NCBI GenBank assembly: GCA_900544245.1
Contig: UQUH01000004.1
Span: 1 to 63,812, forward strand
Reading direction: 5' to 3'
DNA length: 63,812 bases
From: an uncultured Coriobacteriaceae bacterium
GTDB taxonomy: Bacteria; Actinomycetota; Coriobacteriia; Coriobacteriales; QAMH01
Under the pieces are notes generated by a model that was not told the origin of the DNA, ran no database searches, and saw nothing but the letters and a program-made list of their open reading frames with translations. The stretch's first letter is position 1; every line of letters starts with the position of its first letter. This document shows, piece after piece, positions 1 to 9,734 of this stretch. A program made the position numbers and the translations under genes.

Positions 1-17
1 CTGCCTGTTCCAAAAAA

Positions 18-50
18 CCAGACAAAAGTGCCCCGGCAACTATTGTCTGG
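18..50 (-). terminator. Hairpin CCAGACAA-N17-TTGTCTGG just 3' of fabF. The A-run on the + strand gives a U-run after the stem on the - strand.
   Basis: Read directly: ccagacaa (18-25) is complementary to ttgtctgg (43-50) and is preceded on the + strand by aaaaaa (12-17). The same element recurs at 54538-54570 and 62718-62750. Confidence 0.5.
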
Positions 51-68
51 CCCCCCGGCGTCCGTTTT

Positions 69-1355
69 TCATTCGTAGGGACTGAAGGCGAGCGTCGCGT
101 TGTGGCCGCCAAAGCCAAGCGAGTTGGAGAGCGCGACCTTCTGCGGTACGTCCGTCAGAGCCTCGGTCACGACGTTGACGGCGCACTCGGGATCGGCCTC
201 GGCAAACCCCGTCGTCGGCGGCACGCAATCGCGGGCGACCGAAAGCGCACAGACGATGGCTTCGACCGCGCCGGCCGCACCGAGCGTGTGGCCCGTCGTG
301 CCCTTGATGGACGTCACCGGAATGCCCGCGGCAAGCTCGTCATCATCGCATAGCGCGTACAGGGCGATTGACTCGGTCTTGTCGTTTGCGGGCGTACCCG
401 TGCCGTGGGCGTTGACGTGCCCGATGTCGGCGGGCGTGAAACCACCCTCCTCGAGCGCTTGGCGCATGGAACGCACGATACCCGCGCCTTCGGGGTCGGG
501 CGCGGTCATGTGGTAGGCGTCGCCGGTAGAGCCATATCCGGTAATCTCGGCAATGGGTGTGGCACCACGTTTGAGCGCATGTTCAAGTGATTCGATGACG
601 AGCGCACCAGCGCCTTCGCCGGCGACAAAGCCCTTGCGTCGCACGTCGAAGGGAAGTGACGCCTGGGCGGGATCTTCGGCCCTGGAAAGCGCCCCGAGGT
701 TGGTGAACCCAGCGATGCATATGGGCGATACCGATTCCTCGGATCCTCCGACAAGCGCAGCATCGGCATAGCCGTGACGGATTGCACGGACAGCCTCGCC
801 GATATTATGCGCACCGGTCGCACAGGCGGTGACCACGTTGATGCACGCCCCGTGAATGCCATAGCGAATGGCGAGGTTACCGGCGGCGATGTTGCCGATC
901 ATGGTGGGGACGAACAGCGGGCTCACACGCTTGGGGCCCTTGTCGTGCAAGGTCTCGAACCCTTTCTGCAGCTCGTCGATACCGCCGATGCCCGTACCAA
1001 ACGCAATGGCCACGCGCGTGGAATCGACATCGTCCATGTTGAGCCCTGCCTGGGCCATGGCCTCGTCGGCTGCGACCATGGCGTACTGGACGAAGCGCTC
1101 GAAGCGACGAGCCTCCTTCTTGGAGAGACCGTGCTCGGTAGCATCGAAGCCACGCACCTCGCCGGCATTATGAACCTCATATTCAGATGTGTCGAAACGT
1201 TCGATGGGCGCGATACAGCATTGCTTGCCCATGACGGCATCCCACAGCGCATCCACGCCAACACCTGCCGGCGTAACGGCACCCATGCCCGTGATGACGA
1301 CACGCTGCATGCCGTCCGGGCGACGAAGGTTCATATTCTCGTTTGTCGTGCTCAT
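69..1355 (-). CDS. fabF: Beta-ketoacyl-ACP synthase II
   Basis: 428-aa ORF. The N-terminus RVVITGMGAVTP and the C-terminal GHTLGAAG / SNSLGFGGHNA motifs are typical of KAS II. It is the last gene of the fab operon, and its start overlaps the fabG stop (ATGA). Confidence 0.93.
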   Translation of the reverse strand: MSTTNENMNLRRPDGMQRVVITGMGAVTPAGVGVDALWDAVMGKQCCIAPIERFDTSEYEVHNAGEVRGFDATEHGLSKKEARRFERFVQYAMVAADEAMAQAGLNMDDVDSTRVAIAFGTGIGGIDELQKGFETLHDKGPKRVSPLFVPTMIGNIAAGNLAIRYGIHGACINVVTACATGAHNIGEAVRAIRHGYADAALVGGSEESVSPICIAGFTNLGALSRAEDPAQASLPFDVRRKGFVAGEGAGALVIESLEHALKRGATPIAEITGYGSTGDAYHMTAPDPEGAGIVRSMRQALEEGGFTPADIGHVNAHGTGTPANDKTESIALYALCDDDELAAGIPVTSIKGTTGHTLGAAGAVEAIVCALSVARDCVPPTTGFAEADPECAVNVVTEALTDVPQKVALSNSLGFGGHNATLAFSPYE

Positions 1356-2113
1356 AGGGAAAGTCCTCCATCGATGCTGATTACCTGGCCGGTTATATAG
1401 GATGCGGCGGGACTCGCGAGAAACGCCACGAGAGCAGCCACGTCATCTGCCTCGCCCAATCGGCCAAGACCAATCTGGGAGGTGATGGCTTCCTTCTGCT
1501 GATCGTTGAGCGCGTCCGTCATATCGGTCGCGATGAAGCCCGGGGCAACGGCGTTGACCCTGATGTTGCGGCGAGCGAGCTCCTTGGCGAGCGACTTGGT
1601 AAGGCCGATGACACCGGCCTTGGATGCGGCGTAGTTTGCCTGCCCCGCATTGCCCGTGATACCGACGATGCTGCTCATATTGACGATGACGCCGCTGCGT
1701 TGCTTCATCATGTACTTAGACGCAGCCTTACAGCAGTTGAAAGTGCCCTTAAGGTTCACGTCGATGACGGCATCGAAGTCGTCCTCGCCCATGCGCGCGA
1801 TGAGACCGTCGCGTGTAATGCCCGCGTTGTTGACGAGCACGTCGATGCGACCGAGCTCGGTAACCGCCTGGTCCACGAGGGCCTTGGCGGCCTCCGTATC
1901 TGCCACGTTTGCCACAATGGCCAGCGTACGCACGCCATACTCGTTGGCAATCTCCTCGGCGGCAGCGCTCGTACGCTCGAAGCTCGAATCGCTCGAGCAG
2001 TTGAGGCAGACGTCATAGCCATCGGCAGCGAGCGCCCGTGCGCAGGCAAGGCCAATGCCGCGGCCTGACCCGGTGACGAGGGCGACGGGATTGCCCTGAT
2101 CGATGTTACTCAT
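1352..2113 (-). CDS. fabG: 3-oxoacyl-ACP reductase (SDR family)
   Basis: 253-aa ORF with TGSGRGIG glycine-rich NAD(P) motif, NNAG, and the YAASKAG catalytic Y-x3-K. Located between fabD and fabF. Confidence 0.9.
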   Translation of the reverse strand: MSNIDQGNPVALVTGSGRGIGLACARALAADGYDVCLNCSSDSSFERTSAAAEEIANEYGVRTLAIVANVADTEAAKALVDQAVTELGRIDVLVNNAGITRDGLIARMGEDDFDAVIDVNLKGTFNCCKAASKYMMKQRSGVIVNMSSIVGITGNAGQANYAASKAGVIGLTKSLAKELARRNIRVNAVAPGFIATDMTDALNDQQKEAITSQIGLGRLGEADDVAALVAFLASPAASYITGQVISIDGGLSL

Positions 2114-3074
2114 CGCTTTCCCTCCACGATTCTTCGAGCTCCTCGAAGCTCGGCCTATCTTGCACGCAAGCGCGCGTTGCCTCCTTGTCGATGCGACGAA
2201 CCAGGCCGCTCAGCACACCGCCGAAGCCGACCTCGATGAAGGTGCTCGCATCCTGCTCGCGAAGCGCCTCGACGCTCTGCTGGAAGCGCACGGGATGCGT
2301 GAGGTGGTCGACCAGGCGCTGACGCACGGTTGCCGTATCGAGCGGCGTGGCGTCGGTGTTACAGATGACCGGGATGACCGGCTCCTTGAAGTCGACGGTC
2401 GCGAGATACTCCGCAAACGGCTCGCACGCCGTCTGCATGAGCGGACTGTGAAATGCTCCTTGCGTCGCCAGGCGGCTCAGCTTGCCACCCTGCTCCTTCC
2501 AGGCTTCCTCCGCACACTCGATTGCGGGCACGGTGCCGGCCACGACGATCTGGCCCGGGCAATTGAAGTTCGCAGGTGCGAGCACGTCACCCTGGGCGCA
2601 TTGCTCGCACAGCGCCATGACGCTCTCCTCGTCGGCCTTGAGCAGCGCGGTCATCGCACCCGGATTCGAGCGCGCCGCCTCGTCCATGACGCGCGAGCGC
2701 ACGTCGATGAGACGAAAGGCCTCCTCGTCAGTGAGCATATCGGCCAGGGCGAGCGCGCTGATCTGCCCAAGCGAGAAGCCGAGCAGCGCATCGGGCCGGA
2801 TGCCGCGCGCCATGAGGGCGCGGCCGATGCCGATGGAAAGCGCGGCGATGGCGACCTGCGCGTTGCGCGTCTCGTTGAGCTGCGCTTGTGCCTCGTCGCC
2901 TTCGCTGTTGATGAGCGCCGCTATGTCGCGGTCGAACACGTCGGATGCGCACTCGAGCGCGGCTTTCACCTCGGGAATGCCAAAGAGCGAAACGCCCATG
3001 CCGGGCTTTTGCGACCCCTGGCCCGAGGCCATGAAGACCGTGCGGACCGGTCCGATTCCTTCAAGTTGAGCCAT
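2106..3074 (-). CDS. fabD: Malonyl-CoA:ACP transacylase
   Basis: The ORF-track frame 2106-3161 contains FMASGQGSQKPGMG and GFSLGQISAL (active-site GxSxG). I chose the start at the internal ATG (cat at 3072-3074, MAQLEGI...) so that it does not overlap fabK, which ends at 3088. Confidence 0.88.
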   Translation of the reverse strand: MAQLEGIGPVRTVFMASGQGSQKPGMGVSLFGIPEVKAALECASDVFDRDIAALINSEGDEAQAQLNETRNAQVAIAALSIGIGRALMARGIRPDALLGFSLGQISALALADMLTDEEAFRLIDVRSRVMDEAARSNPGAMTALLKADEESVMALCEQCAQGDVLAPANFNCPGQIVVAGTVPAIECAEEAWKEQGGKLSRLATQGAFHSPLMQTACEPFAEYLATVDFKEPVIPVICNTDATPLDTATVRQRLVDHLTHPVRFQQSVEALREQDASTFIEVGFGGVLSGLVRRIDKEATRACVQDRPSFEELEESWRESDE

Positions 3075-3087
3075 AGCTTCAGTCTTC

Positions 3088-4071
3088 CTATGCGTCGGCG
3101 TCTTCCAGGCAGCGGCCCTGACGGGCGTTGAGCTCGGCCATGGTGGCGAGGTCAAGCGCACCGAGCGCCTCGGCCTCGGCCATGAGCTCGGCGATGAGCT
3201 CCTTGGCCGTCCCGCGCTTCTTCACGAGCGCGGCAACCTGACCGGCGAGGATGGAGCCGTTCTCCATATCGCCCTCGACTGCACGTTTGAGCGAACCTGC
3301 ATACATGCCCTCGAGATCGTCGGGGCTACTCGCCTCCATCTCGCGCTTGCGGCAGGCACGTGCGAACTTGTTCTTGAGCCCTCGCACGGGATGACCTGTG
3401 CCGCGACCCGTCACGATCGTGTCGGAATCCTTGGCGCCGAGCACCTTCTCCTTCCACGGATCGCACACGGTGCACTCGTCGATGGTGAGGAAGCGCGTGC
3501 CCATCTGCACGCCCTCGGCACCCAACGCGAAGGCTGCGCAGATGCCGCGACCGTCGGCGATGCCGCCAGCGGCGATGACGGGGATGGAAACGGCCTCGCG
3601 CACGCTGGGTACGAGCGCCATGGTGGTGAGCTCGCCGACGTGACCGCCGGATTCGGTGCCCTCGGCGACCACGGCATCGACGCCAAGGCGCTCCATGCGC
3701 CTGGCCTGCGCCGTGGTGGCGATGACGGGAATGACCTTGATGCCGGCCTCGCGCCACATGGGCAGGTACTCGGTCGGGCTGCCGGCGCCTGTGGTGACGA
3801 CCTTGACGCCGAGCTCGACGACGAGCTTGGCGATCTCGGGCGTGAGCGGGTCCATGAGCATGATGTTGCAGCCGAAGGGCTTATCGGTCTGCGCCTTGGC
3901 CTGCTTGACCTGCTCGGCAATCCAATCGAGCTTGGCACCGCCACAGGCGATGATACCCAGGCCGCCGGCCTCGCTGACCGCCGCGGCAAGCGAGGCATCC
4001 GCAACGCGGGCCATGCCACCTTGGATGATGGGAGCCTCGATGCCCAGGAGTTCGGTTACTCTCGTTTTCAT
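3088..4071 (-). CDS. fabK: Enoyl-ACP reductase II (FMN-dependent, nitronate monooxygenase fold)
   Basis: 327-aa ORF starting MKTRVTELLGIEAPIIQGGMARVA, with GGLGIIA and GADAVVAEGTESGGHVG-type motifs characteristic of FabK/NPD. Located between acpP and fabD. Confidence 0.85.
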   Translation of the reverse strand: MKTRVTELLGIEAPIIQGGMARVADASLAAAVSEAGGLGIIACGGAKLDWIAEQVKQAKAQTDKPFGCNIMLMDPLTPEIAKLVVELGVKVVTTGAGSPTEYLPMWREAGIKVIPVIATTAQARRMERLGVDAVVAEGTESGGHVGELTTMALVPSVREAVSIPVIAAGGIADGRGICAAFALGAEGVQMGTRFLTIDECTVCDPWKEKVLGAKDSDTIVTGRGTGHPVRGLKNKFARACRKREMEASSPDDLEGMYAGSLKRAVEGDMENGSILAGQVAALVKKRGTAKELIAELMAEAEALGALDLATMAELNARQGRCLEDADA

Positions 4072-4084
4072 GAAGCGCTTCGAC

Positions 4085-4306
4085 CTACTTCAGGGAGTCG
4101 ATGTGCTCGACGATGTCGCCAATGGTCACGAGATCGGTCGGCTCGCCGAAATCGACCTCGCACTGGTCCTCGATGTCGCAGATGAGCTCGACCATGTCGA
4201 GGGAGTCGATGCCCAGGTCCTCGATGACGGCATCTTCGGTGATGGCTTCCGGATCGAGGTCCTGGTTCTCGACCAGCACGTCGCGGACGATGTCGATAGT
4301 TGCCAT
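4085..4306 (-). CDS. acpP: Acyl carrier protein
   Basis: A 73-aa product from the internal ATG (cat 4304-4306): MATIDIVRDVL...EDLGIDSLDMVELI, with the DSLD phosphopantetheine serine motif. First gene of the fab operon. Confidence 0.9.
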   Translation of the reverse strand: MATIDIVRDVLVENQDLDPEAITEDAVIEDLGIDSLDMVELICDIEDQCEVDFGEPTDLVTIGDIVEHIDSLK

Positions 4307-4499
4307 GATGGTTCCTTTCGCGGTGTCTAACTTATGAGCGCGATTATTGTAGACGAAGATTTTATGAGTGAGCCACGATGCAAAATCTTGCGCAAACATT
4401 GGAAGCGAAGGCATATTTCGACGGAATTACTCTAAGATAGTCGGGCGTCAGCCCACCCGGACAGGCGAAGGCGACGACCGACCAACAAGGAGAAATGCC

Positions 4500-5573
4500 A
4501 TGGGATGCAAGATCGTCGGACACGGAAAGGCCCAACCGGAGCTCGTCGTGAGCAACGATGACCTGGCAAACATCGTCGACACGAGCGATGAATGGATCGT
4601 CGAGCGCACCGGCATCCACAACCGTCGCATCGCGGTTGACGAGTCCACCACCGATCTCGGAGTCCAGGCTGCACAAGCCGCCCTCGAAAACGCGGGCGTC
4701 GCGGCCGGAGATATCGACCTCATCGTCTGCATGACCATCTCCGGGGACGTCATCGTGCCGTCCCAGGCAGCGCTCATCAAGGCGCAACTGGGCGCCGAGC
4801 ATGCCATCGCATTCGACCTCAACGCCGCGTGTAGCGGGTGCATCTACGGCATCGACGTTGCCTCCACCATGATCGAGGCCTCCGTCGCCAGCGAGGGCGG
4901 AAGCGGCATCGGCCACAAGCGCAACGCCATGCGCCGCGCGCTGGTCGTGGGTGCGGAACGGCTTTCGCGCATCACCGACTGGACCGATCGCGCCACCTGC
5001 GTGCTCTTTGGCGATGGAGCCGGCGCCGTGGTGCTCGAGTGGGATGAGAGCGCGCCGGGCACTCTGGCGAGCTTCCTCAAAAACACCGATGATGACACCC
5101 TATGTCTGACCGTCGATGCGAACCACGACATGAGCACGTTTCCCTTTGAGGAGAACGTCGGCAACGTGGGCGTGGGCGAGATCATGAACATCGAGACCGA
5201 CGAGGGTGGCTTTGCCGAGCATGCCGCCTTCATCCGCATGCACGGCCAGCGCGTCTTCAAGTTCGCCACCGCCGCCATCGTTGAGGCTGCACGCGAGGTG
5301 TGCGAGCGTGCGGGCGTGTCGATGGATGAGGTGAGCTGCATCGTGCCGCACCAGGCAAACGACCGCATCATCCGCTTTGCCGCCAAGAAGCTGGGTGTTC
5401 CCTACGAGCGTTGGCAGGTCTCCATCGCCGAGGCAGGCAACACGAGTGCGTCGAGCGTGCTCATGGCACTTTCCGACGCCTACGACGAAGGCCGCATCCA
5501 GCCGGGCGACAAGGTGATGTGCGTGGGCTTTGGCGGCGGACTCACGAGCGGCGCGCTGCTGTTCGAGGCGTAG
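4500..5573 (+). CDS. fabH: Beta-ketoacyl-ACP synthase III
   Basis: The ORF-track frame begins at 4368. I chose the ATG at 4500 (MGCKIVGHGKAQPELVVSNDDLANIVDTSDEWIVERTGI), which is preceded by aaggag. It has the AACSG active-site Cys context, HQAN and GFGGGLT motifs. Divergent from the acpP operon. Confidence 0.9.
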   Translation: MGCKIVGHGKAQPELVVSNDDLANIVDTSDEWIVERTGIHNRRIAVDESTTDLGVQAAQAALENAGVAAGDIDLIVCMTISGDVIVPSQAALIKAQLGAEHAIAFDLNAACSGCIYGIDVASTMIEASVASEGGSGIGHKRNAMRRALVVGAERLSRITDWTDRATCVLFGDGAGAVVLEWDESAPGTLASFLKNTDDDTLCLTVDANHDMSTFPFEENVGNVGVGEIMNIETDEGGFAEHAAFIRMHGQRVFKFATAAIVEAAREVCERAGVSMDEVSCIVPHQANDRIIRFAAKKLGVPYERWQVSIAEAGNTSASSVLMALSDAYDEGRIQPGDKVMCVGFGGGLTSGALLFEA

Positions 5574-5585
5574 AGGGCGCAAGGC

Positions 5586-5690
5586 GGAAAATCGGTAATG
5601 GTAACCGCGGATTTTCGGTAATATGGCGATTAGGCCACTATTCGCCGCATGATTTGCGGTGATTATGTTGCTATTCGCCGCATCGCCCGG
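5586..5690. repeat. Degenerate intergenic repeats of the TTTTCGGTAAT(A/G)TGG / GATTTGCGGTGATTATGTTG type
   Basis: Read directly: gaaaatcggtaatggtaacc, gattttcggtaatatggcgat, gatttgcggtgattatgttgc, plus a duplicated ctattcgccgcat. Related to the arrays at 16391-16570 and 48761-48905. Confidence 0.55.
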
Positions 5691-5702
5691 TAGAATCGTC
5701 GT

Positions 5703-6827
5703 ATGTACATATACGAGGGACAAAACTGGATTGATTTCAGCTGGGACGAGAAGGTCGTCACGCCCCTGCTCTCCGACGTGCGCTTCTTGCAGGGATCCTT
5801 CCTGGTCCGCATCGATTCGCTGGGGTTCGAGGTAAACTCGCAGCTCGAGGTCGATGCCGTCTCGAACGAAGTCATTGCCTCATCGCAAATCGAGGGCGTG
5901 AGGCTTGACGCAGACGAGGTGCGCTCATCGGTCGCCCGAAACCTGGGAATCACGCACCTTGAGTCGCCAGACGAAACGCCTGCGGTCGACGGAGCGGTCT
6001 CGATCATAATCGACGCAACGCAAAACCACGCGGAGCCCCTGACGCGGGAACGCCTTTGCGCTTGGCATAGCGCATTGTTCCCGACCGGGTACAGCAGTCC
6101 ATACAAGATAGATGTCGGGACATATCGCAAGGGCGCCATGAGCGTGGTGAGCGGACCGGTGGGACACGAGAAGACGCACTACGAGGCTCCATCTTCCGAT
6201 CAGGTTCCCGCGCTCATGAACGAATTCCTCGTCTGGTTCAACGACGTCGAGATGGAGCAGCTCATCAAGGCGGCTATCGCGCACCTGTGGTTCCTGACGA
6301 TCCACCCCTTTGATGACGGGAACGGGCGCATAGCTCGCGCAATCACCGAGATGATGCTTGCGCGTTCGGATAACAGCCCCCGCAGGTACTACAGCATGGC
6401 ATCGTATATCCTTGCGCATCGAAAAGACTATTACAGCGCAATCGAGCAGGCGGAGAAGGGAACAAGCGACGTAACCGAATGGATCGCCTGGTTCTTGAGC
6501 GCACTACAAGGCGCCATCGAAGAAAGCGACGTGGCCGTGTCGGGCGTCCTGCATCGCGAGGCGTGGTGGCAGGGAGTAGCCGACGTCCAGCTCAACGAAC
6601 GACAGAGGAAGATGCTCCAGCTTCTCCTAGGTGACTTCGAGGGAAAGCTCACGTCCGGCAAGTGGGCGAAAATCTGCAAGGTCTCGAGTGACACGGCGCT
6701 GCGCGACATCAACGACCTAATCGCGAAGGACCTGCTCAGGCGCGATGAAAGTGCCGGTGGTAGGAGCACGAGCTACGTGTTGGTTATGGGTGACGAGATG
6801 AAGGGCTCATCATGCAGCGGTCTATGA
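5703..6827 (+). CDS. Fic family protein (Fic/DOC AMPylase-type fold with N-terminal DUF4172-like region and C-terminal wHTH-like tail)
   Basis: 374-aa ORF containing the canonical Fic motif HPFDDGNGRIARA. Its stop (tga 6825-6827) overlaps the start region of the restriction enzyme gene. Confidence 0.9.
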   Translation: MYIYEGQNWIDFSWDEKVVTPLLSDVRFLQGSFLVRIDSLGFEVNSQLEVDAVSNEVIASSQIEGVRLDADEVRSSVARNLGITHLESPDETPAVDGAVSIIIDATQNHAEPLTRERLCAWHSALFPTGYSSPYKIDVGTYRKGAMSVVSGPVGHEKTHYEAPSSDQVPALMNEFLVWFNDVEMEQLIKAAIAHLWFLTIHPFDDGNGRIARAITEMMLARSDNSPRRYYSMASYILAHRKDYYSAIEQAEKGTSDVTEWIAWFLSALQGAIEESDVAVSGVLHREAWWQGVADVQLNERQRKMLQLLLGDFEGKLTSGKWAKICKVSSDTALRDINDLIAKDLLRRDESAGGRSTSYVLVMGDEMKGSSCSGL

Positions 6828-8308
6828 ACGTCGACATATCGACAAACGAGCTCGAGTATGCGCCTATCGATTTTGATGACCCGCAGGCACTCCTCGAACA
6901 CGCAAAGAAACTTGAGGGGCACACGTTCCGTGAGGTTTTGGACCTTGGAATTACCCCCGATGGACCCGCTGCAGGAAAGACCGACTATAACGATGCCTCT
7001 TTCAAAGGAGGTATGGGCACGCTCATCGAGGAGCGGTACTTCGGTTACCACGCCAATAGCGATGCGCATGCCGACTTTGCCGACGCTGGCGTAGAGCTGA
7101 AAACTACCTGCTATGACGTCAAAAACGATGGCAGCATTCGAGCCGGCGAGCGTCTGGTCCTCGGCATGATTGCTTTCAATGAAAGCATTGAGCGCGCTTT
7201 CGACGAGTCGCACATGTGGGAAAAGGGCGGAAACATTCTGCTCATTTATTACAAGCGCGACAAGACAGTCGATAAATACGACCAGAGAATCGAGTACGTC
7301 ACACTCTTCACTCCTCCCGATGAAGACCTCGCAATCATCCGCGAGGACTACAACACCATCCAAGAATACGTAATGGATGGAAGAGCAGATGAGCTATCTG
7401 AATCGATGACTCATTACTTGGGAGCATGCACAAAAGGCGCGACGGCCGAGAAAAGCATGCGTGACCAAACCGTGTATGCACCGGGAAAGAAAGCGAGAGG
7501 TCGAGCCTGGTGCTATAAGAACAGTTACATGAATGTCGTTCTCAACGACTACATCATCGGCCAAAGAAGCAGCGAATCCATCATCAAGAATTCGGAACAG
7601 CTATCCACCCACTCCTTTGAAGAGCATGTCATATCGCTCATCGAACCTTTTGTTGGAATGACCGACAGAGAGATTTGCGACAAGCTTGGCCTCGCCTACA
7701 CAGGTAATAAGGCTCAATGGACCACAATTGTTTATCACATGCTCGGGCTGCATGACAATCGCGCAGACGAGTTCGAGAAGGCAAACATTAGTGTCCGAAC
7801 AGTGCGCGTTGAGGAGCGGGGCAGTATCGTACAGAGTCTTTCCCTCGATACCTTCTCCTTTATCGACCTCATGACTGAGGAATGGGAAACCGCCCCGCTT
7901 CATGAATACTTCGAAGAAACCAGATTTCTATTCGTTGCATTTCAGAAAGAAGGCGAAAGCCTGAGACTTAGAGGAGCAACATTTTGGAGCATGCCACGAA
8001 AGGATATCGACGGTCCTCTTCGCTCATGTTGGCAAGCTACCAAAGACGTAATCAGTAATGGGGTTTCGATTGTTGAGGTGCCTAGAGGCGAAAGGACTCG
8101 TTTCGAAAACAATCTCCCCAGCAAAACCGAGAATCCCGTTGCGCACGTTAGACCGCATACGTCGAAGGCAGCTTATCGACTCGAAGACGGTCGAATCGTT
8201 GGGGACATCGAGCATCATGCCGACGAGTTGCCCGATGGTCGCGCTATGACGAAGCAGAGCTTCTGGCTGAATAATGACTATATTTATGAAATCGTGCGGG
8301 ATATTTAG
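6812..8308 (+). CDS. Type II restriction endonuclease, Sau3AI / MutH family (probably GATC-specific)
   Basis: 498-aa ORF. Several stretches match my recollection of Sau3AI: DFADAGVELKTT (MutH-like catalytic region), LSESMTHYLGACTKGA, ETRFLFVAF, HVRPHT and MTKQSFWLNNDYI. The alternative start ATG at 6824 forms an ATGA overlap with the Fic stop. Confidence 0.85.
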   Translation: MQRSMNVDISTNELEYAPIDFDDPQALLEHAKKLEGHTFREVLDLGITPDGPAAGKTDYNDASFKGGMGTLIEERYFGYHANSDAHADFADAGVELKTTCYDVKNDGSIRAGERLVLGMIAFNESIERAFDESHMWEKGGNILLIYYKRDKTVDKYDQRIEYVTLFTPPDEDLAIIREDYNTIQEYVMDGRADELSESMTHYLGACTKGATAEKSMRDQTVYAPGKKARGRAWCYKNSYMNVVLNDYIIGQRSSESIIKNSEQLSTHSFEEHVISLIEPFVGMTDREICDKLGLAYTGNKAQWTTIVYHMLGLHDNRADEFEKANISVRTVRVEERGSIVQSLSLDTFSFIDLMTEEWETAPLHEYFEETRFLFVAFQKEGESLRLRGATFWSMPRKDIDGPLRSCWQATKDVISNGVSIVEVPRGERTRFENNLPSKTENPVAHVRPHTSKAAYRLEDGRIVGDIEHHADELPDGRAMTKQSFWLNNDYIYEIVRDI

Positions 8309-8456
8309 CATGTTCTCATCTGAGAAACCTAGATCTTTTGTCACCGATCATCTACAATAGACACCACTCTGTGCGGCACGTCCCCACGACAATCACGTGT
8401 CACACCTATAAACAAGAATATGCGTCCAAGGCTTTCAGAATGCGAAGGAGCACCCT

Positions 8457-9725
8457 ATGGCCAACGACACAATCGAAGTGGCAGAGCTATTCGCCGGGGT
8501 TGGCGGATTTCGTCTAGGTCTAGACGGATACCATGACCCAGACCATCCCGAATTTGATATGGAGGCCGCTGGTCCATTCAAAACCGTATGGGCCAACCAG
8601 TGGGAGCCGCCTGGAACAGAATCCAAGCAGTTTGCATGGCGCTGCTATGAAGAGCATTTTGGCGCAGGTAGCTGCGTCAACGAGGATATCAACAAGGTGC
8701 TTGACGAATACGAAGCAGGCGAGCGAGACATCCCAGATTTTGACATGCTGGTCGGCGGATTCCCGTGCCAAGACTACTCGGTCGCCAAGCCTCTCAACAT
8801 GGCCAAGGGCATCGAGGGCAAGAAGGGCGTCCTGTGGTGGGATATCTACCGCATGATTCACCTAAAAAAACCAAAGTATTTACTTCTCGAAAACGTCGAT
8901 CGTCTTCTCAAAAGCCCGGTGAAGCAACGTGGACGCGACTTTGCGATTATCCTGAGTTGTTTGGCAGAAGAGGGATATTCAGTTGAGTGGCGTGTCATCA
9001 ACGCAGCAGAATACGGCATGCCGCAAAAGCGCCGTCGCGTATATATTTATGGCGAGCTCGCGAAAGATGAATGGGACCTTGAAAGCCGCATCAAGCAAGA
9101 CGGCATCATGGCAAAGGCATTTCCCATCACTGAGAAAGTCACCGCAATCACCTCCGTTGATGTCACTGCGGATCCTTACGAGATATCCCAGCACTTCGGT
9201 GTTGGCAAGAAGCTCTCACCTTTCCAAAATGCCGGAGCGATGCAAAAAGGTCAGGTCATGACATGCAAGGTTGAGCCCGCCTTTGATGGCGAGGCGGCTA
9301 CGCTTGCTAGCATTGTCGTTCCTGATGCTGAGGTACCGCCTGAATTCTTCATCTCAGAAGAAGACCTTCCCAAATGGAAGCGAATGCGTGAAGCAAAAAA
9401 GGAACCCCGCAAAACAGCTGCGGGATTTACGTATATGTACACCGAGGGGGCGATGGCGTGGCCCGACCCACTCGATAGACCAGCGCGAACCATCCTCACT
9501 GGTGAAGGCGGCAAAGGTGCCAGCCGCACCAAGCATGCTGTTATGGGAGATAGCAAACGAATCCGTCGTCTTGTTCCCGACGAGCTCGATATGATTCAGA
9601 TGTTTCCCAAGGGCTGGACAGATACGGGCATGACTGATGGTCAGCGTGCTTTCTGCATGGGTAATGCGCTTGTGGTCGAGATTCCGCACAGGATAGGGAA
9701 AGAGATAGCAGCAGCGTTAGATTGA
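8457..9725 (+). CDS. DNA (cytosine-5)-methyltransferase
   Basis: 422-aa ORF with the C5-MTase motifs FAGVGGF (I), GGFPCQDYS (IV, catalytic Cys), ENV (VI), QKRRRVYI (VIII) and GNA (X). Preceded by the RBS gaaggag. Confidence 0.93.
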   Translation: MANDTIEVAELFAGVGGFRLGLDGYHDPDHPEFDMEAAGPFKTVWANQWEPPGTESKQFAWRCYEEHFGAGSCVNEDINKVLDEYEAGERDIPDFDMLVGGFPCQDYSVAKPLNMAKGIEGKKGVLWWDIYRMIHLKKPKYLLLENVDRLLKSPVKQRGRDFAIILSCLAEEGYSVEWRVINAAEYGMPQKRRRVYIYGELAKDEWDLESRIKQDGIMAKAFPITEKVTAITSVDVTADPYEISQHFGVGKKLSPFQNAGAMQKGQVMTCKVEPAFDGEAATLASIVVPDAEVPPEFFISEEDLPKWKRMREAKKEPRKTAAGFTYMYTEGAMAWPDPLDRPARTILTGEGGKGASRTKHAVMGDSKRIRRLVPDELDMIQMFPKGWTDTGMTDGQRAFCMGNALVVEIPHRIGKEIAAALD

Positions 9726-9734
9726 GTAACTGCA

